64,000 nucleotides of DNA, from positions 64,001 through 128,000 of the forward strand of contig CAVZMI010000020.1 of NCBI GenBank assembly GCA_963776275.1, in the 5' to 3' direction. A program made the translations under genes and the position numbers. This DNA is from Ignavibacteriota bacterium (GTDB lineage: Bacteria; Bacteroidota; Ignavibacteria; UBA10030; CAVZMI01). Positions 19,828 through 29,365 of this stretch are shown piece after piece; position 1 is the stretch's first letter, and every line of letters starts with the position of its first letter. The notes below the pieces were generated by a model. The model worked only from the letters and a program-made list of their open reading frames with translations, was not told the DNA's origin and ran no database searches.

Positions 19828-22449
19828 TCAGGAATGTGACCGTTCCTCCTCTAATATCAAATGTGGCAGAGCCGGTTCGATAGGTGATCCCTCATGATCG
19901 ATCCTGAACTGTGTCGTAGCACCCTGTAATTCTGTGGCAATAGCAACCAGCGATGCGGCTACATTACCAACTTCAGCGGCCTGTGAAGAAACTTCGCCGG
20001 TAGTCGATGAGACTTGCTCCGTTGCCGACGAATTCTCCTCGCTGATAGCCGCCACGTTCTCAATAGTATCCATTGTTTTCTCAATATTCGCTGTTACGAC
20101 GGTCGTAGAAGAAAGGTTCTTCTTGATCACTGCAGAGACACGCTCAACGGCACTCGTGAGGTTGTTCATCACCTCTGAAACCGAGGCATTTGCTTTGACC
20201 ATGGCTTCGGCCTGTTGCTGCGTGGAAACGGCTGCATTAAGAAGCTGTTCCAAGGCCTGGCCGGAACCTGAAGCCAGAGTGCTTCCCTCCCGAACCCGCT
20301 GAATTGCTACTTCCATCGAACTGGTGGTACTTGTGATATTTTCCTGGACAGTACGGATGATTGTGGCAATTTCCTTGGTGGCGACTTCAGACTTCTCAGC
20401 CAGTTTACGAACTTCACTGGCGACAACGGCAAAGCCCCTTCCGTGCTCACCGGCACGAGCAGCTTCAATAGCCGCATTGAGTGCCAGAAGATTGGTCTGG
20501 GCAGCAATATCTTCGATGGTTATCAGGATATCGCCGATTCTCTGTGAGTAGGTATCCATCTGACCGATAGTGGTCGCAGAGTTGCCTACTGCCGTCTGTA
20601 TATTATTCATCTGCTGAAGCGTTTGACTTATTGCCTCCGCACCACGCTGGGCGAGATTAACAGACTGAGTGGCAGCGGCATTAACGTACTGTATGGATTG
20701 GGACGTTACCGTAATGACTTCGGAGATTTTATTTGCAGCAGTGAAAACGCTTTCCGTAGCCCGGGCCTGGTCTTTAGTTCCCTGTACGATGTCATCGACG
20801 GACTTGGCAATATTTTGAATACTGGTGTTGGCATGCGACACCGCAGCAGCTTCATTGTTTGCGGTTTTCGCTATTGTCTTTACCGTCTCGGCAATTTGTT
20901 GTGTGGCTTCGCTCGTTTGCCGGGCAACCGCAGCCAATTTCTGACTGACATTCATCAGTACATGAGCATGATCGGAGATCATTGCCATCATACCACGCAG
21001 ACTGTTCGGCTCACCATTAATAGTGGCCACAGGAACACCGGCAGACACGGCACGGTTAATGTACGGCACTAATTCACGATCAAATATGTCGGTTACTATA
21101 GCATTGTAACCCGATGCAACCAGTTTTTCAATCAATGGCTCGCGGAGCTTAACGTCGGCTCTTCTATTCGTTTCGGGAATCATCCATTCTGCCGTAGCGT
21201 TAAAAGACCGAAGTTCGGCGTTGGCGGCAAGTGCACCCGCACGCACAGGATCCCAGAAAGCGCTCTCATCACGTCCTAGTACAGCGATTCGTATAGGTTG
21301 TACGGCCCGCTTAAGCGGTTTGGCCCTCCGCTCAGAGATAGTTTCGGATTCTATGATACCGCGACCCGGCTGCCAGTATTGATGATAATTATCCTGAGTT
21401 ATGACATCCATCGTTGTCAGCAGACGGGGCGTTGTCGGACGCCAACCGGTGGCCAGATGATTAAACATATGAATAACAGAATCGTGACCTTGAGCAAATG
21501 GATCCTGATTCAGTGTGGCAGTGATGACACCGCGTGCCAGATATTGCATTGTTTCATCAACAAGATCGTGAGATATGATCTTTACACGTCCGGCTGCACC
21601 CGCTTTCTCCACAGCGCGAGCTACACCCGGAGGACTACCGCCCTCAGCAACGTAAATGCCGTCGAGGTGCGGATAGCGCTTCATGAAATCACGTACCAGA
21701 TCATATGCGGTTTCCGGATTGCCGTGAGTTTCTCCAACGTCGATGATTTGAATTCCCGGATATTTTTCATGGAGCATACTATCGAAACCTTTGCGCCTGA
21801 AAATAATCGAGATTTGCGTTAGCGTGTTACCCAACAAAACTACCTGTCCGTGACCGTTGAGCGCCTGCCCCATGGCCTCACCGCAAGTACGGCCCTCCAG
21901 GTAGGCGTCGGCACCGACATAGAACAAACGTTTGCACGGCTCGTCGGTTACAGAATTATAATCCTTTGCGGTCTCCTGAAGATTTATGATGGTGGTGTTA
22001 AACACCTCGATCAATTTATTTACATCGGAAGAAGCGCTTTCAGATACCGGTTGGGAGTGAAGTGTGATCTTCGAAGTCAGGTTGCCCTGTGCCAGGGCCG
22101 CCAGTGCATCCGAGAACGCAAGGCTATCTCTGGAAGAGAGTATTTCTCCCTCGGCTGTCAATTGAGCCAGTGGTCTGGTGATGGTACGCCGGATAAGCCA
22201 GAATAAGGCCAACACGACGACGGCGTCGCCCAATAAGCTCCAGAACAGAAGTGTGCGGGCGTTATGGAGTGCAGCAACCGATTCGGGCAGCAAATCAATT
22301 CTGTCGAGTCTTAAGTAGCCGATCGTACCGATAACAAGAAAAATTATGGCCACACCCAGACTGAAATGCACGCTCTTCTGTAAGATTTTCTTGATCAATT
22401 GATGAAACAAGGTAGCCTCCTTTCTTACATTGTTCGCTTTTACCCTCAT
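19828..22449 (-). CDS. Methyl-accepting chemotaxis protein with internal sugar-binding (PBP type 1) domains
   Basis: Two TM segments, HAMP-like region, RbsB-like segments and MCP core [38 protein letters not shown]. Confidence 0.93.
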   Translation of the reverse strand: MRVKANNVRKEATLFHQLIKKILQKSVHFSLGVAIIFLVIGTIGYLRLDRIDLLPESVAALHNARTLLFWSLLGDAVVVLALFWLIRRTITRPLAQLTAEGEILSSRDSLAFSDALAALAQGNLTSKITLHSQPVSESASSDVNKLIEVFNTTIINLQETAKDYNSVTDEPCKRLFYVGADAYLEGRTCGEAMGQALNGHGQVVLLGNTLTQISIIFRRKGFDSMLHEKYPGIQIIDVGETHGNPETAYDLVRDFMKRYPHLDGIYVAEGGSPPGVARAVEKAGAAGRVKIISHDLVDETMQYLARGVITATLNQDPFAQGHDSVIHMFNHLATGWRPTTPRLLTTMDVITQDNYHQYWQPGRGIIESETISERRAKPLKRAVQPIRIAVLGRDESAFWDPVRAGALAANAELRSFNATAEWMIPETNRRADVKLREPLIEKLVASGYNAIVTDIFDRELVPYINRAVSAGVPVATINGEPNSLRGMMAMISDHAHVLMNVSQKLAAVARQTSEATQQIAETVKTIAKTANNEAAAVSHANTSIQNIAKSVDDIVQGTKDQARATESVFTAANKISEVITVTSQSIQYVNAAATQSVNLAQRGAEAISQTLQQMNNIQTAVGNSATTIGQMDTYSQRIGDILITIEDIAAQTNLLALNAAIEAARAGEHGRGFAVVASEVRKLAEKSEVATKEIATIIRTVQENITSTTSSMEVAIQRVREGSTLASGSGQALEQLLNAAVSTQQQAEAMVKANASVSEVMNNLTSAVERVSAVIKKNLSSTTVVTANIEKTMDTIENVAAISEENSSATEQVSSTTGEVSSQAAEVGNVAASLVAIATELQGATTQFRIDHEGSPIEPALPHLILEEERSHS

Positions 22450-22690
22450 GGCAAAGCGATGCGGGTCTAAAAAAAAATCTTCTCCCCGCCGACACAGGAT
22501 ATTTTTCTCTACTGCACGCGCCCACCGGGACGTAGCACCTCTTAAAAGCTACGTTCATTTTATATTTTCATCCCCTGTATCGAAATCTATATTATAAAAT
22601 CTAGAAAACCGTTATCATCTGAATGGAAAATCGATATTCATTACCTTATTACAATTTACAATCCAATAGACACCATCTCAACCATAAATA

Positions 22691-22718
22691 TTATCGGCAT
22701 CGTCGACGGAATTCTTGA
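22691..22718 (-). promoter_or_regulatory. Sigma-28 (FliA)-type promoter for the chemoreceptor
   Basis: Minus strand TCAAG-N15-GCCGATAA, about 240 nt upstream of the MCP start. Confidence 0.7.
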
Positions 22719-23008
22719 GGGATTTGCCCTTATATTCCTGGTGCATCGCGGAAATTGGCGGACGAACAGAGTTCTTGGATTTTTGGCCATAATTATTGCT
22801 TTTCAATTCGCAATTTCTTATACTCCTTCGTCGCCTCCCGTGATTTAATCATAATTCCATACCGTGAGGAGGCCACGGATACTTTAATCACACTATGATT
22901 ATTATACCGTTTAAGGCATAATAAACATATTAAGATGTTATGCTAGTTATACGTCATTGCTTTGCATTTTCACAGAGGAATAATCCTTAAATATTTCCGA
23001 GGTGCTCG

Positions 23009-23545
23009 TTGCCCGTTACGATCTTACCTATTGAAGACCTAGAAAAACGTCACAAAGGTTTGACAAGAGCCATTGCCGATTGCTTTCTTGAGGCTGCCGC
23101 TGTTTGCCTTGACAGATATTACGGCTCGCCCCAAATATTCTCGATATTCAATGGTTCAAAACGGATCGATGCAATGGCAAAGTGGAATCCATCTAATGCA
23201 AAAACCAAGGCCGCTTGGGCTAATGAGATTGACGCCACTGAATGGGGTGCCTACGGATTTGCGATTGCCGCAGTGGAATTGTCCGAAGATTTGTATGCGA
23301 TTCATCGTGCTGAAACGAAGACCGGAGCTGACTACTACGTCGCTCCAAAAGGACATTCCTACGATGATCTTGAAAAGGCTCTCAGGCTTGAGGTATCAGG
23401 CACGGCTAGCGACAATTCATCCGTGCTTGATTCTAGACTAAACATGAAGACTGAACAGGCTTCCAGTGGCCATAGTAACCTTCCCGCAATTGCGGCTGTT
23501 GTGGGCTTTCGTCTTAAATTGATTAAATTACGGATGGTCCAATAA
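23009..23545 (+). CDS. Hypothetical protein, PD-(D/E)xK nuclease-like
   Basis: gaggtg RBS plus TTG start; acidic motifs ATEWGA, TGADYY and RLEVSG spaced like a restriction-endonuclease fold. Confidence 0.7.
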   Translation: MPVTILPIEDLEKRHKGLTRAIADCFLEAAAVCLDRYYGSPQIFSIFNGSKRIDAMAKWNPSNAKTKAAWANEIDATEWGAYGFAIAAVELSEDLYAIHRAETKTGADYYVAPKGHSYDDLEKALRLEVSGTASDNSSVLDSRLNMKTEQASSGHSNLPAIAAVVGFRLKLIKLRMVQ

Positions 23546-23546
23546 G

Positions 23547-24659
23547 ATGAACTGGAAAGAATGCCATACCATCAGTGAGAGTTACTCAGCCGATGCTGAG
23601 GTTGCGTTACGGGAAGGTAACTCCAGTAAAGCAATTGAACTCTACTACAAGGCAGCCGAAAGTGAACTGAAGGCGCTCCAGTCTCTAGGTCCGGACAAGG
23701 GCCGCACTCTCGGCATCACTTTAATTAGCGCCGTTTCACTATTCTATAAGGCAAGGCAGTATGACCGAGCCGAATCGCTCGCTTGTCAGTACTTGTCAAC
23801 CCCTCATCTACCACCCTTTGCCACAACCGAAATCCGTACGCTGCTTCAGACGATTTGGAGTGATCAAGTGAGAGCTGAATCTTCTGTAAGTTTTACCTCC
23901 GGCCAAGTATTCGTTTCAGTCAAGGGTGGAGAAGTTGTTCCAGGTGGAGCGCCCCTCGATCTTATTGTCCAAAAAGTGGAGAGCATTCAATCACTTTATT
24001 ATCGCACCACAGAGTTTCTTAATGGGCTTCCACATCGCAAGCGTGGTGGTGCGAGCCTCGAGATTCAACAGACCTGCAGACCTTGGCTCTTCCAAGCACC
24101 TCGTGGAAGCTACCAATTTGCAGTCGCAGTTCAAGAGCCCCCACAGCAAGAAATTTTTCCAAAGTCAAAGATATCGGTGCAGGAGATATCTTCAACCTTC
24201 TTCTCTATTTTGAGAGCCTCTGTCGATGATCCCGACGTTGCCCTTCCAAATTTAGTACCAGATCCCCAGTACAGAGGAACCTTTATGAAGCTGGCCCGGA
24301 ATCTTGCACCAAGCGGCAAGGTTTTCGAAGAACTTGAGATACGCTCCATTGATCAAGCCAAACCGATAACGATTCTCCCAACAACTCGAAAATCCATTGG
24401 CGATGCTCTTCGTCGACAATTTCCTCGACCTAAGCAGATTGAGGAAAAAGAGGAAACAATCTCCGGTATTCTTCGAGCGCTCGATCTTGACCACGACTGG
24501 CTAGAGGTGACAGTTGAGAATGTACATATTCGTATCTTCGAGGCTGGTGAAACGGTAGATGATCTTATCGGGCCGATGGTGAATCGCCTTGTCATCATAC
24601 AGGCTTTACGAAAAACTAATGGGCAACTCGCTCTCGTTGACATACAAGCTGGGGAATGA
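23547..24659 (+). CDS. Hypothetical protein with TPR-like N-terminus and possible OB-fold C-terminus
   Basis: Starts 1 nt after the upstream stop; helical N-terminus (AIELYYKAAESE, SAVSLFYKARQYDRAE). Confidence 0.8.
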   Translation: MNWKECHTISESYSADAEVALREGNSSKAIELYYKAAESELKALQSLGPDKGRTLGITLISAVSLFYKARQYDRAESLACQYLSTPHLPPFATTEIRTLLQTIWSDQVRAESSVSFTSGQVFVSVKGGEVVPGGAPLDLIVQKVESIQSLYYRTTEFLNGLPHRKRGGASLEIQQTCRPWLFQAPRGSYQFAVAVQEPPQQEIFPKSKISVQEISSTFFSILRASVDDPDVALPNLVPDPQYRGTFMKLARNLAPSGKVFEELEIRSIDQAKPITILPTTRKSIGDALRRQFPRPKQIEEKEETISGILRALDLDHDWLEVTVENVHIRIFEAGETVDDLIGPMVNRLVIIQALRKTNGQLALVDIQAGE

Positions 24660-24682
24660 CAAAGCGCTGCAAAACAACTAAC

Positions 24683-24813
24683 GCATAACAAGCAAAACAC
24701 CGACGCTCCATTTTTTGATATGGATTATTAAGGTCGTTCAATACTTTTGCTTACAAGAAATGGAAATAATAGGTCCGTAAAAGTGTTTCGCTGTTTTGCT
24801 AGACGTGATTTGC
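24683..24813 (+). other. Degenerate attC-like integron cassette site
   Basis: GCATAAC followed by agcaaaaca...tgttttgct inverted arms and a decayed right core gtgattt; 131 nt. Confidence 0.45.
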
Positions 24814-24850
24814 TACCTGTTTTATATCCTTACGAATAAAATAGACTAAT

Positions 24851-26020
24851 ATGAATACTCTCGAACAATATAAAAAAATCCTACAAGATTTAAATAGTAT
24901 CCAATTAAGAAATAAAAGTTTCATCGACCAACTTTATTCATCCTCACAAATACGGGCTGCACTCGGATTTGAAAGTTACATCGATAATTTTCTCAAAGAT
25001 CGCGATAAAATGCAAGAAATCTATAGTACATTACCTGCAATTCAAAACTTTCTGAATTCAGCTGCATTCGAGAAAGCGAGACAAGCCACAATCGACATTT
25101 CAAAGTTCACTGACACCATATACATTCAAGAGATGACAAAGCAATTCTCTAATCTATCCGATTTGTGGAATAACCAAATAAAAGTACTTGGTTTTAATAC
25201 AGACTCGATGAAAGAGGCGCAGCTCGGATTGCAATCACATTTTACAAGATTATCTGAAATGTCGATACTTGCAGAACAGACGCTTGCAAATATAGATTGG
25301 AAAATGCTCGGGATAAACCTTGGATTTACTAAAGACGTCCGTGAATTGCTATGCAGTAATGTAACGGAATTCTCTGGCACTTATAGCGCGCTCGTCAAAT
25401 CCTTTCATCAACCAAATTTCAATATTCTTTCATTTCCGCCTGTTGTAACTTCAATACCGCCAATCGAATTTTATAATGACACTAGTCTTTTTGAATCACT
25501 CTCAGTTGAAGATACCGAATCATTTGAAGAAAAGGATACATTAAATTCAGAAATAGTCGAGGATACCGAAAAAAGTGTAGAATGGCTTCTCTCGAAACTT
25601 GATCCAAAACTATTAACAATATGGGTTGGTGCAAAACAAGCCCTTCGATCTAACAATGCCGATCGTATCCGACATTTTGCAGCATCTCTCCGTGAATTAC
25701 ATACTCATATAATGCACAAGTTAGCACCAGATGATGATATTAGAAATTGGTCAGATTTACCTGAGCATTACGACGAGAAAGGCAACCCAAAACGAAGAGC
25801 TCGATTGCTTTACATATGCCGTGAGATCAACCACGAACCGTTCACTCTATTCGTTAAGAAAGATATAGATGCTATTTTATCTTTAATAGAACTTCTTCAA
25901 ATAGGAACACATGATATCGAGGCAAGATTCAGCGACACGCAATTATCTTTAATAAAAATTAGAGCAGAAGGATCATTGAGATTCCTGCTTGAAATAGCGA
26001 TAAAAACCGGCGGTGCATAA
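24851..26020 (+). CDS. Protein with C-terminal pPIWI-associating nuclease (HEPN-like) domain
   Basis: GAKQAL...DRIRHFAASLRELHTHIMHKLAPD...RRARLLYICR...GTH pattern; AT-rich gene. Confidence 0.75.
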   Translation: MNTLEQYKKILQDLNSIQLRNKSFIDQLYSSSQIRAALGFESYIDNFLKDRDKMQEIYSTLPAIQNFLNSAAFEKARQATIDISKFTDTIYIQEMTKQFSNLSDLWNNQIKVLGFNTDSMKEAQLGLQSHFTRLSEMSILAEQTLANIDWKMLGINLGFTKDVRELLCSNVTEFSGTYSALVKSFHQPNFNILSFPPVVTSIPPIEFYNDTSLFESLSVEDTESFEEKDTLNSEIVEDTEKSVEWLLSKLDPKLLTIWVGAKQALRSNNADRIRHFAASLRELHTHIMHKLAPDDDIRNWSDLPEHYDEKGNPKRRARLLYICREINHEPFTLFVKKDIDAILSLIELLQIGTHDIEARFSDTQLSLIKIRAEGSLRFLLEIAIKTGGA

Positions 26021-26139
26021 CAGCGATAGCAACAACGCTCTCCCGACTCCCGCTAAAGAAGTGGCGAACATGTTGGCTCTTGACTTTGTACATAGCAGCT
26101 GCTTTTGCCCTTCACAGCATTAAGCAAGCAGGAAAATGG

Positions 26140-27420
26140 ATGAAAAGCATATTCCGGATTTTGGTGTTGACGATTTCTGCATTGACAAGTATAAATGCAT
26201 TGTATGCTCAATGGGTTCTACAAAACAGCGGCACGAACACTATACTCACCGATGTAGTGATGCTCGATACGGCAACGGCGATTGCCGTCGGACAAGACCG
26301 CTCGATTCTCAGAACGTCTGACGCCGGCACGACGTGGATCAATGTAGCTGAATCGCTCTCGTTCGTCGAGCCATGTAACGGTGTCTCCTTTTTTGACACG
26401 GCAAACGGGATTGTCGTGGGAGATCATGGTGTTGTTTTAACAACGTCGAACGGAGGTAAAGGCTGGATCTGGCACCAAGTTCCGGGAGGACAAAAATGTT
26501 TGTCTGCTCTTTATGTCGGACCCAATAGTGTTTACGTCGGCGTCGACTCCGGCTGGATTTACCATTCACTTGACAGCGGAACGACCTGGTCCTCTGAAAA
26601 AATCGGCACCGAGCCCATTCGCTCTCTCTTCGCATGGCGCGGCGAGTACACATTGGGGTTGCCCATCTATGCTCTTACGCCCCATTCACTTTACTCTAAA
26701 ATGGAATTTTCCCCCACTACATGGGAAGAAACAGACCTTTTCTTTCATGGACTCGGGTCGGCAGCATTCAGCGGAGAGTACTGTAATGGCGGGGGAGCAG
26801 GATTCATTGTAGGAGTTCAGGGCGACTTACGCTCCGCACCAACGATCTTACGAAAGTCGATCTCCGACACTGCGTGGAGCGTAGTTTCGATAGACATTCC
26901 ATTTGATTGTACCTTACTCGGCGTCTCAGCTCCTTCAGCCGATGTAATTTACGTCTGCGGCACCGATGGCGTGATTTTAAAATCGACGAATGGAGGAGAT
27001 ACATGGAGCGCCGCTGCAGTGCCGACGACACGAAACCTATACGCTATATATTTCTTTGATGAGCAGCGGGGCTTCGCTGTGGGCGAATATGGAGTGATCC
27101 TTTATACATCAAACGGCGGAATGACTGGTATTCGCGATCAAGAGAGTCATCTCCCGGTGGAATTTGTACTCGAACAGAACTATCCGAATCCATTCAATCC
27201 GACAACGGTAATTAATTATCAATTACCGGCAAATGTTTTTGTGACGTTGAAGGTTTACGATGTACTCGGGAGAGATATAAAAACGTTGGCCAGTGAGCGT
27301 CAGAATGCGGGAACTCATTCCGTGACTTTCAACGCGCGCAATCTACCGAGCGGTATATATTTCTACAGGCTTCAGGCAGGAACTTACAGCGAAACGAAAA
27401 AACTCGTGGTACTCAAGTGA
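26140..27420 (+). CDS. YCF48/BNR-repeat beta-propeller protein with T9SS-type sorting domain
   Basis: Repeated T/SxDxGxTW Asp-boxes; LEQNYPNPFNPTT...LPSGIYFYRL C-terminus. Confidence 0.9.
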   Translation: MKSIFRILVLTISALTSINALYAQWVLQNSGTNTILTDVVMLDTATAIAVGQDRSILRTSDAGTTWINVAESLSFVEPCNGVSFFDTANGIVVGDHGVVLTTSNGGKGWIWHQVPGGQKCLSALYVGPNSVYVGVDSGWIYHSLDSGTTWSSEKIGTEPIRSLFAWRGEYTLGLPIYALTPHSLYSKMEFSPTTWEETDLFFHGLGSAAFSGEYCNGGGAGFIVGVQGDLRSAPTILRKSISDTAWSVVSIDIPFDCTLLGVSAPSADVIYVCGTDGVILKSTNGGDTWSAAAVPTTRNLYAIYFFDEQRGFAVGEYGVILYTSNGGMTGIRDQESHLPVEFVLEQNYPNPFNPTTVINYQLPANVFVTLKVYDVLGRDIKTLASERQNAGTHSVTFNARNLPSGIYFYRLQAGTYSETKKLVVLK

Positions 27421-27570
27421 GCGGGTCTGCCCGCCGTACTAAAGTACTGCTCCGCTGACGTCCTCCAGACTTAGGCGGGCCTGCCCGCCGTACTAAAGTA
27501 CTGCTCCGCTGAACGTCCTCCAGACTTAGGCAGGCCTACGTGCTGGAGGTACTCCGGCAGGCAGGCGGGC
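27421..27570. repeat. Tandem 54/55-nt duplication inside a gcccgcc...ggcgggc palindromic element
   Basis: Units 27421-27474 and 27475-27529 are nearly identical; the block closes with caggcaggcgggc. Confidence 0.75.
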
Positions 27571-27667
27571 AACTGCAAATAACACGCGTAAAATTGTTGG
27601 CGAAATGTAAACCGGAAGAACATTTTAGCGCTCATCCTATTCCGCCAATCAACAGGTATAGAAAATC

Positions 27668-28171
27668 ATGAAGAGACTGATACTTTTACTCATTTTATCT
27701 GTCGCGGCGATTTCCTGCAACGACCAGGGAACTTCGCCGGCAGAACGATCATTCAATATACTGTTCCGATACGGGGTCATGGCTCGAAACGAGCTTAATA
27801 CCTTTGATGACAAATTTACCAAGGATTTAATTATCGATGGTACGATTACCGTCCAGTTTGTCCTGACCGATAATGAGCTTATACAGATAGAAGCTAAACT
27901 TACCGGGATAGACTTCTTCAATTATCCGGATACATTCACGGTGCAAATTACCGACAGTATTGCCGATTACATAGATCCACACGGCACCTATATTTTCGAG
28001 GTCAAACACGAGGGTAATATCAAAAAGCTTTTTTGGGCAGATGCGATTATGACGCCTTCTGCCGATCCGAAGGCAACGAGGTTACGCGAAGCAATCGCCT
28101 TCATCAGATCAATTATTGAATCGAGACCCGAGTACAAACGTCTCCCACCGGTAAGGGGTGGATATCTGTGA
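27668..28171 (+). CDS. Hypothetical lipoprotein
   Basis: Signal peptide ending in AISC lipobox; C-terminal EYKRLPPVRGGYL. Confidence 0.75.
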   Translation: MKRLILLLILSVAAISCNDQGTSPAERSFNILFRYGVMARNELNTFDDKFTKDLIIDGTITVQFVLTDNELIQIEAKLTGIDFFNYPDTFTVQITDSIADYIDPHGTYIFEVKHEGNIKKLFWADAIMTPSADPKATRLREAIAFIRSIIESRPEYKRLPPVRGGYL

Positions 28172-28191
28172 GCCATTCTATTATTTTACCG

Positions 28192-29217
28192 CTACCGCCT
28201 CACCCGTCTCGATAATCCTTCTTCCCAACTACTCCATCCGGAATTCATGCCGTACGGCGATTTCCATACGATCGCTTCGATCTGGCGGATCAGACCTTTC
28301 TCAATCTTAAACAACTCGGCAATTTCCCAGGTCCATGGACGGATGACTCCGATGGGAATAGTCGTTCCATTCGTTAACTGCACGTTGTGTACATTCCCCG
28401 CGTGATCGAAAAAGACAAAGGCAAATACTAGGCCCCGCTCCTCGTCCACAACCATGAAGCGGCGGTCACGAATCCTCGTCACGAACCTGAAGAAGCCCGA
28501 TTCAAATTGTTCTTTGCATCCCAGCGCACCGACATCGAACGGTCCGGGATTCAACGACGGATTATTGGTTGTCTGATTGCCGTTTTCGATCCTGTTACAA
28601 TTTGCAGTAAAAGGATAAATTCCCTTGCCGTCGTCTTTTTCCAATCCTGTGAAATACATGTTCGCGGTTTTAATCAGCTCCTCACGCGAGGGGCGCTCAG
28701 CGACAGGAATCGTTTCCAGAAAAACAGGATGCGGCTTTACCAGCTTCTCTATTCTTAATGCGCCTGCCGTGTCGCGAGCTACGATTGTCTCTATTTCGGT
28801 GATAACATTATTTTCTATTTTAAGGCGAAGAGCCAGAATAGCCGGTACATTGTTCTCACGGATTGTACCGATGAAACCAACTTGTCCGCCGAAGCTCGCT
28901 GGAAGCGAGTGTAGGCCGACCTGTCCGGCTTGCGGATCTGCAATATAAAGGCTGTAATATCCTCGGGCGCTTGCAGTATTCCAGAGTCCGTCCCCTACCT
29001 CCAGCCTCTGTCCATTCTCCGTGAATTTAATTTTCTCCGACAGCGGCACACGCGCCGGATCGTGTGCTATTACGGCTTCAAGGTATTTATCCACAAATCC
29101 TTCCAGGCACAAACGATCACAATTCTCAGTTACGGTTATATATGTATCGATCTGACAGATGACGACATTGGAAAACAAAGCTGTCAGTATCGGGAGAAGT
29201 ATATATTTTATTCTCAT
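28192..29217 (-). CDS. Secreted hypothetical protein (two NTF2/SnoaL-like repeats suspected) with a 13-aa in-frame palindrome insertion
   Basis: Signal peptide MRIKYILL; KFTENG...GDGLW, CNRIENG and ELFKIEKGLIRQIEA motifs. Confidence 0.72.
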   Translation of the reverse strand: MRIKYILLPILTALFSNVVICQIDTYITVTENCDRLCLEGFVDKYLEAVIAHDPARVPLSEKIKFTENGQRLEVGDGLWNTASARGYYSLYIADPQAGQVGLHSLPASFGGQVGFIGTIRENNVPAILALRLKIENNVITEIETIVARDTAGALRIEKLVKPHPVFLETIPVAERPSREELIKTANMYFTGLEKDDGKGIYPFTANCNRIENGNQTTNNPSLNPGPFDVGALGCKEQFESGFFRFVTRIRDRRFMVVDEERGLVFAFVFFDHAGNVHNVQLTNGTTIPIGVIRPWTWEIAELFKIEKGLIRQIEAIVWKSPYGMNSGWSSWEEGLSRRVRR

Positions 29218-29365
29218 AGTGAAATTTCCTCTAAATGTTGTTATTCCCGAACGGTTTATCAAATATGCTAAATAATTTGTTCAAACACTGTTGAATCGGA
29301 AAAATTTTTGTAACATATTAAGGCAAACAGAAACGACAGGCCAACAAAAATATAGGGCTTAGACT

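Noticed and set aside
22450-22470. gcaaagc...gggtctaa resembling part of a c-di-GMP-I riboswitch
   Set aside because: It is on the wrong strand for the MCP gene and lacks the GNRA-capped first stem.
22911-22945. Chromosomal dif site
   Set aside because: gcataat resembles the XerC arm, but the spacing and XerD arm (ttatgttaaat) do not match.
27421-27535. Possible CRISPR array
   Set aside because: Only two adjacent ~55-nt units, with no unique spacers and no cas genes.
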